This document shows positions 53,012 through 64,000 of a stretch of DNA of 64,000 nt, one piece after another (within the stretch, counting starts at the first letter, position 1; every line of letters starts with the position of its first letter). The stretch is taken from NCBI RefSeq assembly GCF_009914755.1, contig NC_060925.1. One strand, 5' to 3'. The notes beneath the pieces were generated by a model. The model was not told the DNA's origin. It was given only the letters and a program-made list of their open reading frames with translations, and did no database searches. The position numbers and the translations under genes were made by a program. Source of the stretch: the human T2T-CHM13v2.0 reference genome, Homo sapiens.

Positions 53012-53143
53012 TAAAGAAGGCAGAGGTGGCTGGGTGCGGTGGCACACGCCTGTAATCCCAGCACTTTGGGAGGCTGAGGTGGGCGGATTGTGAGGTCAAG
53101 AGATCACTATGATGTTTTTATTTTTTATTTTTATCTTTATTAA

Positions 53144-53314
<171 letters not shown>

Positions 53315-53317
53315 TAG

Positions 53318-53569
<252 letters not shown>

Positions 53570-53869
53570 TGATCCACCTGCCTCAGCCTCCCAAAGTGCT
53601 GGGATTACAGGTATGAGCCATCACACCCAGCCAGAACCATGGTGTTTTTAGTAATTCACTTTGGTAATCTTGAGAAAGGTTTTTTTAAGCCACTTGCTTT
53701 ATCTTTATTAGACATACATAGAACTTCCCTTACTATATACTTAGTTCTAATTTCTAGAGCTGTTTGGGCAACATCGGAGCTGCACTGTGGGTTTAGGACA
53801 TGTTATTTCCCCTCCTGCCTTGTATCCAGGGCTTCATTTAGTCATTGAGGTTTTTGTTTGTTTGTTTTT

Positions 53870-54020
53870 AAATTTACTGATTTATTAGAAAGGACAGTGC
53901 AAAGGAGACCAATGAACGGCAGATGGACGAATGCATAGGGAGAGGAGATGTGGAGCTTCCATGCCCTCCCCGGGAACTCAGCCCTTCAGGAGCCTCCACG
54001 TGGTCAGCTATCCCAAGGCT
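53870..54020. mobile_element. MER21-like LTR fragment
   Basis: gcataggg..ggagcttccatgccctccc..ctccacgtggtcagctatcc resembles MER21 (from memory). Confidence 0.5.
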
Positions 54021-54072
54021 CCTGGCTGTTGACATTTTATGTTCAGCTTGCACTTCTCTTTCTCTTCTTTAG

Positions 54073-54144
54073 TGCCTGCAACTTCTCACCCACACTTTCA
54101 ACAGAGAATTCAGCCAGGTGCACGGCAGCGTCAGTGACTGTAAG
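54073..54144 (+). CDS. KIF1B: KIF1B exon CLQLLTHTFNREFSQVHGSVSDCK
   Basis: tttag|TGC ... AAG|gtgagc; 72 nt, phase 0 to 0. Confidence 0.95.
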
Positions 54145-54944
54145 GTGAGCACATTGACTGTAATTTTTAGCCAGTATGTTGATAACTGATTTCTCCACAG
54201 CAGCCCAGATTACCTATTCCTGGTTTTTGCTGCTTTTAAGCAACTTGTCATGGGCATAGCATTGTATTTGAAAATTTATGACATACTGCTCTGGTATTCA
54301 TTCTAATTTTTCAGAGTCCGAACACTGACTTCTGAAGATAAAAGTACTCCTTTGTGTCTCTTAGAGTGATTATCAGATGGGAAACATTTTGGCTTTTTCA
54401 TGACTCCTTTGGAGGAGAATATTCTATGGGGAGGTGGTATGTTATTCTTTGCCAGGGTACAAGGAAACCCTGAGGTTCCTGGTGGCATAAAGTTTTATTG
54501 ACTTCAACAAAGAGTGAAGTAAACACTTAGAGAATTTCTGTGTTATTCACTCAATTCTAGTCAGCTTGACCTTAAACCCTCCCGGCTCATTCCTGCCTTG
54601 GGGTCTTTGCACACCTACTATTTCTTTGCCTGGAATTGCCTTTCTCCAGGTATTGCCATGGTTGGCTCCCTTACCTCTTTCATTTTTCTACTCCATTATC
54701 ACCTCCTGTGAGTCGACTCTGTTAACACCTGATAATAAATCTGACAGCTGTCTGAAACTTTCTACCTACCCCTCTTTCCTGCTTTATTTTTTGCTATAGC
54801 ACTAATTACTACCTGATGCTTTTTAAAGTGTTTGTTGAGTGGTTTATTGTCTGTCTTAAGCTCCAGGGAGGCAGATCCTCTGCCATATTATTAGAACAAT
54901 GCCTAGTACATGGAAGGTGCACCACTGTAATACCACTTATATTA

Positions 54945-55091
<147 letters not shown>

Positions 55092-55134
55092 TTAGCCAAA
55101 TGTGGTGGTACACACCTATAGTCCTAGCTACTCA

Positions 55135-55962
<828 letters not shown>

Positions 55963-56146
55963 TCAAGACGAGCCTGGGCAACATGACAAAAACCCCATCT
56001 CCACAAAAAAATACAAAAATTAGTTGGGTGTGGTGGTGTACACCTGTAGTCCCAGCTACTCAGGAAGCTGAGATGGGAGGATCACTTGAGTCCTGGAGGC
56101 TGAGGCTACAGTGAGCCAACATCGCACCACTGCACTACAGCCTGGT

Positions 56147-56188
56147 AGACATAGCAAGACCTTATCTCGAAAAAGAAAATAATAATAA

Positions 56189-56219
<31 letters not shown>

Positions 56220-56292
56220 ACATAGCAAGACCTTATCTCGAGAAAGAAAATAATAATAATAATAATAATAATAATGACAACAATAATAATAA
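56147..56292 (+). repeat. Duplicated Alu 3' end with compound (AAT)n/(AAG)10/(AAT)n microsatellite
   Basis: agacatagcaagaccttatctcga occurs at 56147 and 56218; AAG run at 56190-56220. Confidence 0.9.
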
Positions 56293-56745
56293 TGCAGGAG
56301 GGCAGTAGGAACATAAAAAACCAACCTTGCCCCTTTTATAAATGTCTTGATTCCTGGTGTGGCACTTAGGCCGTAAAATATTTGTAGGCTTGTTTTTTTT
56401 CTTTTTTGAAAATATTTTCACCAGTTGTGGTGGTACACGCTTGTAGTCCCAGGTACTCAGGAAGCCAGGGCACAGGAGGATCGCTGGAGCCCAGGAGTTG
56501 GAGGCCACAGGAAGCTAGGATTGCATCACTGCCCTCCAGCCTGGGCAATAGAGCAAGGCCTTGTCTCTTAAAATTTTACCTATGTATTTATTTATTGATA
56601 AATTATGTATAGGCTTGTTTTCTTAAATGACCTTCTGAAACAAGATGTATCAAAGTGAGGTTCTGGTTGTTGAAACTCTCTATTGTTACTGTAGAGGCAG
56701 CTTTTTTCAGCTGAATGTAACTTGTAGTGTTCGGTTTGCTTCCAG

Positions 56746-56867
56746 TTGTCTGATATCTCTCCAATTGGACGGGATCCCTCTGAGTCCAGTTTCAGCAGTG
56801 CCACCCTCACTCCCTCCTCCACCTGTCCCTCTCTGGTAGACTCTAGGAGCAACTCTCTGGATCAGAA
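56746..56867 (+). CDS. KIF1B: KIF1B exon LSDISPIGRDPSESSFSSATLTPSSTCPSLVDSRSNSLDQ
   Basis: tccag|TTG ... GAA|gtaagt; 122 nt, phase 0 to 2. Confidence 0.95.
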
Positions 56868-57876
56868 GTAAGTACCCAGATTTCACTGAGAGAAGTCAAT
56901 CTAAGAACCAAGGTAAATGTCAACCTTCCTCTAGCTCAATGGTTCTTGACTGAAGGCAGCACCTTCTCCCTAGGCAGCATTTGGAAATGTGTGGGAGCCT
57001 TTTTGGCTATCACAGTGACTGGAGAGGTGCTAGCTACTGGCATCTCTTCACATCATAGCTTACTAACCTTCTGCATCATCAACTCATCATGACTGTCTTC
57101 TTCATCCCTTTCTGCTAGTTTTATCCTCCATTCCTACCCCTGCTTGTCTCCCCAGTCATAATACCAGACATAGGAAGTGCTATCTTGGGAAAAATATTTT
57201 GAAACTGTTTTGGAAAAAAATATTTTGATTCCACAGCAAATTATGTAGGTAAGAAAAATAAAGACAAGGCCAGGTGAGGTGGCTCCCAGCACTTTCGGAT
57301 GCCAAGGCAGGAGGATTGCTTGAGGCTGGGAGTTCGAGACCAGGCTGGGCAACATAGCGATATGCTGTCTCTACAAAAAATAAATAAGATACCCAGGCGT
57401 GGTGGTCTGTGCCTGTGGTCCCAGCTACTCGGGAGGCTGAAGTGGGAGGATCGCTTGAATCCAGGAGTTCAAGGTTGCAGTGAGGTTTTATTATTGCACC
57501 ACTGCATTCCACCCTGGGCGACAGAGCAAGACCCTGTCCCTAAAAAAAATAAAAAAAAGACAAATGTAGTCTAGAGTCCATGATTCATCATCATAATCCG
57601 TTCTTTGCAACACACCCTCTTGTGCATCTCCATCAATTATGCTCACCTGGTTATCATCCACCTGTCTATCTTATTGTACCAACACTGACACAGGCAAAGG
57701 TGGCTGGAGAAAATAACACAACCAGGTAATTTCATTAAATTTAGGATGCCACAGACTGTAGGGACTATTCTGTGCCACTAAGAGAAGAAGAAAAAGCACT
57801 GACAACTAACTTAAGCATGCCATCAATTATAAGATGAATCCCAATTTAAGAAATGGTGGCTGAGTGCAGTGGCTCA

Positions 57877-58656
<780 letters not shown>

Positions 58657-59387
58657 TGATCCACCCGCCTCGACCTCCCAAAGTGCTGGGATTACAGGCG
58701 TGAGCCACTGCACCCGGCCACACCCAGCTAATTTTTTGTATTTTTAGTAGAGATGGGGTTTCACCGTGTTAGCCAGGATGGTCTTGGTCTCCTGACCTCA
58801 TGATCTGCCAGCCTCAGCCTCCCAAAGTGCTGGGATTACAGGCGTGAGCCACTGCGCCGGCCTTTTTTTTTTTTTTTGAGACAGAGTCTCACTCTGTCGC
58901 CCAGGCTGGAGTGCTGCAACCTCTGCCTCCCGGGTTCAAGTAATTCTCGTGCCTCAGCCTCCTGGGTAGCTGGGATTACAGGGGCCTGCCACCACACCCA
59001 GCTAATTTTTGTATTTTTAGTAGAGACGGGGTTTCGCCATGTTGGTCAGGCTGGTCTCAAACTCCTGACCTCAGGTGATCTGCCTACCTCGGCCTCCCAA
59101 AGTGCTGGGATTACAGGTGTGAGCCACTGCACCTGGCTAACTTGATTTCAAAAAAAAAAAAGAATGAAGTATGAGAAAAAGTTAAAATGGGCTTTTTAGA
59201 TTTAGTGAGATACAATGCTATGTTACTCTACAAAGATATCTAGCAATACAGAGTATAGGAATTTATTTCTCACACAGTAGTCAAGAGGGCTGGTCCAGGT
59301 CCAGGTCAGTGGTGCAGGTCTTCTCTGCACAGCCGTTCAGGAACCCTGGGTCTTCCCATTTGTTTGCTTTTTCTGCCATTTTCTAAG

Positions 59388-59577
59388 GCAGTGGGCCTCT
59401 GAGACTTCAGTGTACATCATCATCCCCTGGGAGGCTTGTTGAAGCCCCCATGGCTCAACCCCACCCAAAGTTTCTCGTTCCGTAGGTCTGGCTTGGAGTC
59501 TAAAAATTTGAGTTTTTGAACAGTTTCCCAGGTGAAGCTGATGCTGCTGGCTGGGAGCACACTTTGAGAAACATCGC
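59388..59577. mobile_element. MER5A-like hAT element
   Basis: gtaggtctgg..cccaggtgaagctgatgctgctgg..cacactttgagaa. Confidence 0.65.
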
Positions 59578-59919
59578 TTTTGGTGTGGCCATGGGACTAA
59601 AAAGAAACATATAAAGGAGTAGAGTTCCTATTCCAGATAATGTGTTCAGAGGGCTTTAATATAGGCAGAGAGATTGTGTGACCCAGTGGCCATCAATGAT
59701 CAATTTCCTTTCATAACTTCAGAAGGATGACACCAGTTGAACGCAGAGTTAACTTTCTGAAGCCAGCTTGTCTCCTCAGCTGAGCTCTCTGCAACTCAAG
59801 TTTGCAGCTGGGGTTTAGGGAGGGCCATTGTGTTCCTCCCAGTGAAACAGTACTCAGTATGCCTTGATTGTAACTGATTCTCTTGTTACCCTTTTCTTTC
59901 TAATCTCTCTATTTTAAAG

Positions 59920-60069
59920 GACCCCAGAAGCCAATTCCCGGGCCTCTAGTCCCTGCCCAGAATTTGAACAGTTTCAGATTGTCCCAGCTGTGGAAACACC
60001 ATATTTGGCCCGAGCAGGAAAAAACGAATTTCTCAATCTTGTTCCAGATATTGAAGAAATTAGACCAAG
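59920..60069 (+). CDS. KIF1B: KIF1B exon KTPEANSRASSPCPEFEQF...VPDIEEIRP
   Basis: taaag|GAC ... AAG|gtgagt; 150 nt, phase 2 to 2. Confidence 0.95.
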
Positions 60070-60152
60070 GTGAGTACTATATTGAGCAGGAATGCCAGCT
60101 ATAAAAAACAAATCCACAGGAAGAAGTGACTGGCCAGCTCTTCCCTGTGAGG

Positions 60153-60196
60153 TCTGTACTGTAGTCTGATGCAATCTGTACTGTAGTCTGATGCAA
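60153..60196. repeat. Exact 22-bp tandem duplication
   Basis: tctgtactgtagtctgatgcaa twice. Confidence 0.9.
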
Positions 60197-60457
60197 GTTG
60201 AGTCTGGGGTGAGAGGGCCAGCCTGGGTTTCTCCAGTTGGGTCTCATAATGCATCTGCACCCTGGCGCAGCATGTTGCCATGGCACGGTTTCGCTTTTGC
60301 CGTATTACTTTGGCAGATAAGATTCTAGGCCAAATAGGTCATTTGCCTGTTTCATCGAATCTAAGGACTTGGCCTAAGTGTGGCGTATTTTGATGGTCCT
60401 CAGCACGATTATTTTCTTTTTGTGAGAAACTAACTTTTGTCATATTGTCGTTTTTAG

Positions 60458-60650
60458 CTCAGTGGTCTCTAAGAAAGGATACCTTCATTTCAAGGAGCCT
60501 CTTTACAGTAACTGGGCTAAACATTTTGTTGTCGTCCGTCGGCCTTATGTCTTCATCTATAACAGTGACAAAGACCCTGTGGAGCGTGGAATCATTAACC
60601 TGTCCACAGCACAGGTGGAGTACAGTGAGGACCAGCAGGCCATGGTGAAG
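60458..60650 (+). CDS. KIF1B: KIF1B exon, PH domain N-terminal part [15 protein letters not shown]...QQAMVK
   Basis: tttag|CTC ... AAG|gtccgt; 193 nt, phase 2 to 0; KKGYL and [10 protein letters not shown] motifs. Confidence 0.96.
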
Positions 60651-60858
60651 GTCCGTCCTGCCCTGCCTTGGTTTCTTATTGCCACGTGTGCCCTTCTCTT
60701 TTGATTTCTGCACTCTCTGTTACGTGGTGTGAAATTTCCCTATTCTCTCTGGTTTTGAACTTCCTTTGTGAAGTGCTATATGCCTTGGGAATATGGCAAG
60801 GCAGTCCCCATTGCTGTCTCTGTAGTAACTTTCTTGTCTACCTGCATTTTTCTTTCAG

Positions 60859-60977
60859 ACACCAAACACCTTTGCTGTCTGCACAAAGCACCGTGGGGTC
60901 CTTTTGCAGGCCCTCAATGACAAAGACATGAACGACTGGTTGTATGCCTTCAACCCACTTCTAGCTGGCACAATACG
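60859..60977 (+). CDS. KIF1B: KIF1B exon, PH domain C-terminal part [13 protein letters not shown]...[14 protein letters not shown]
   Basis: ttcag|ACA ... ACG|gtaaga; 119 nt, phase 0 to 2; conserved PH-helix Trp. Confidence 0.96.
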
Positions 60978-61415
60978 GTAAGAAGTTTTGTTGTTGTTGT
61001 TGTTGTTTTTGAGACGGAGTCTCACTTTTTCTCCCTGAAGTGCAGTGGCTTGGTCTTGGCTCACTGCAACCTCCGCCCCCTGGTTCAAGCGATTCTCCTG
61101 ACTCAGCCTCCCCAGTAGCTGAGACTACAGGCACGTGCCACCATTGCCTGGCTAATTTTCGTATTTTTTGTAGAGACGGGGTTTTACCACAATGGCCAGG
61201 CTGGTCTCAAACTCCTGACCTCAAGTAATCCACCCACCTCAGCCTCCCAAAGTGCTGGGATTACAGGCCTGAGCCACTGCACCCAGCCTAGAAGTTGTTC
61301 TGTGTTTTCTTTCTCTCTTTGGCTTTTGGCTTCAGGAATATCAGGATAAATAGGAAAGGAAGAATTTTTCTTTTCTTTTTTCTTTTCTTGTTTTTTTTTT
61401 TTTTTTTTTTTTTGA

Positions 61416-61523
<108 letters not shown>

Positions 61524-61526
61524 TGA

Positions 61527-61727
<201 letters not shown>

Positions 61728-62147
61728 TAAATTTAAAAGAGAGGAAGGACAGGAGTGTAAATTGGTTGTGGGGTGGTAATGAGGCCTCTGCATCTTGTAA
61801 GGCATTGTCATGTTCTGAACCACCAGGGATACTCTGGTCACACATGTGCACCAATTATTTTCCTTCTTTGTCTTTTTGTTCTCAAGAGTTCTAAAGATGG
61901 GGCTCAGGGGAGAGAGTAAAGGGAGGACAGTGAGAACCTTAATGGTCTCCCAACCTCCAGCCCTGTGATTCAGCCTCACGTTCTGAGGGCTTGTGTCACA
62001 GGGTCCCGGAGTAGACGGCTTAGAGGACTAGGCCTGCGGTGCCAAATAGGAAGATGCTCCAGGAGGGAGCCTCAGAGGGAGAGGACTGTGAGGGGACAAG
62101 ACTTGTACCCAGACTTCTAATCCTACCTCCCCGTTTGTCCCCCATAG

Positions 62148-62190
62148 GTCAAAGCTTTCCCGCAGATGCCCGAGCCAGTCGAAATACTAA
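62148..62190 (+). CDS. KIF1B: KIF1B-beta last coding segment RSKLSRRCPSQSKY*
   Basis: catag|GTC; TAA at 62188-62190. Confidence 0.95.
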
Positions 62191-62435
62191 GTGACTCTGC
62201 CGAGTGCCCTCACTCGCCTTCGAGAGATAAAGAAAGCGTTACCTCTCATTTCTCTTTGTGATTCTTGACGGTGACTCTTGTATGTAATCCTGTGGCTTAA
62301 CTACTTCTCCCTCCTTGTCCAGCACTTTTCTAGCTCTCCCGTTCCCCATCTCCATTGCTCTGTACTCTTTTCTTTTTTCTTGTGCTGAGAATCTCGTTAG
62401 TAGCATGTGGCCTAACAAAAGGAAAAAATGTTTTT

Positions 62436-62438
<3 letters not shown>

Positions 62439-62468
<30 letters not shown>
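62439..62468 (+). repeat. (CA)15 microsatellite in the 3' UTR
   Basis: Direct reading. Confidence 0.95.
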
Positions 62469-62473
<5 letters not shown>

Positions 62474-63376
62474 AGACAAAAACACAAAAACTCTGAGGGG
62501 ATCTGGTGAATCTCCAAATTATTGTGGGTGTACTTTGGCTTCCTTTTGTATGATAGGTCCCCATCATGACCACCTCTGATGTCTGTGCTGCTGTCACCAG
62601 GCACCTTTGTTTTTCAAGACAACATACTTTTTTTTTCTTTTCTCTGTTTGTGATATCACTTTAATTTTTCTTGGGTGGCTTAGAGACTAAGGGAGGAGAC
62701 ATCTGGCCTTTTTAGAACCTGAGAGGAAAAAAAGAGTCTTTTTTTCCCCTCTGTCTCTTTTTGCCATGGCTAATCCCTGCATTTCCATTCAGGGAAAAGG
62801 TGGTAGTGAGCATAGAACTGCAACAGTTATATTCTGAGTCAAAGTTGGGGCTTTTTACGGCATAATTATGGAATTTTTATTTACTGGTAGAGAGGAGACG
62901 AGAGGCTTTTTCAGTGGGCCTGGGACAGTGGCTGCTCTTGACTTTGTGTGAAGGGAAATGCCAAGGATGCTTCTGGTGGACTTCAGGGGACCCCAGGGTT
63001 TGGCCGTGGGCCGTGATGGCAGCAGGCGGTGGGATGCTTGTAGCTCCTCACAGCAGGATTCCTGCCCACTGTTTTTTCTCTGTTGGGAGGGAAGCTCTTT
63101 TCTAGGAGTGTCTCAGTTCTGCTTTTGGCATTAGTGATGGTGGTGGTACAGTTGGAATTAGTGCCATGTCATACACAAATGTTCCACAAGGCGGGAGTGT
63201 TTCACTTTCTGGTGATAAACTTGATGGTCATTGTTATGATTAAGATAATGCCGGGCAGGCCGGGCACAGTGGCTCACGCCTGTAATCCAAGCACTTGGGG
63301 AGGCCGAGGCGGGCAGATCATGAGATCAGGAGTTCAAGACCAGCCTAGCCAATATGATGAAACCCCGTCTCTACTA

Positions 63377-63754
<378 letters not shown>

Positions 63755-63939
63755 TTAAAACTAACCGTGACCACTACTCCAAACAAAACACAATATGCCT
63801 AGGGGCACGGATGAACGTCCAGGGAGCCCGGGCCCCAGGCTTTGTTGCGTGTTCCCTGCTCCTCTCCATCTGGTGTGGAAACACTGCCCAGGGAGAAAGG
63901 AGGAAGCTCACTGTGGACAGTCTTCTTTCCTTCTGACAG

Positions 63940-64000
63940 ACCAGGTCATCTGGCTTCCGAGATCATCAGAGAAGATAAGTCTGTCTCTTTCAGCTGCCAG
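63940..64000 (+). CDS. KIF1B: Alternative KIF1B C-terminus RPGHLASEIIREDKSVSFSCQ..., via a distal acceptor inside the 3' UTR
   Basis: tcttctttccttctgacag|ACC; phase 2 matches the 60977 donor; open to the window end; matches my recollection of a known KIF1B isoform tail. Confidence 0.65.

Overview
Primate (very likely human) Alu-dense genomic DNA containing the 3' half of KIF1B, the kinesin-3 motor, on the + strand. The window holds the KIF1B-beta-specific exons, from DYESKLQAL... at 5634 to the PH domain and the stop at 62190, followed by 3' UTR. I spliced 27 coding exons by hand; all have GT-AG boundaries and consistent phases. There are no prokaryotic-type systems, and most of the ORF track is Alu-derived noise. 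Items worth a second look: (1) several frame-preserving alternative coding segments outside the canonical exon chain (a 201-nt candidate cassette exon with a nested 39-nt form, a 27-nt microexon, two donor extensions, and an alternative last exon); (2) a spacer-less Alu palindrome whose inner 47 bp are perfectly homogenised; (3) a 3'-UTR retrocopy flanked by target-site duplications (TSDs) 25 nt upstream of a splice acceptor; (4) a locally templated insertion inside a fossil Alu monomer; (5) a ~190-nt AG-free pyrimidine tract at the alpha/beta isoform switch exon. Gene, isoform and repeat names come from recognition or memory, not database searches.
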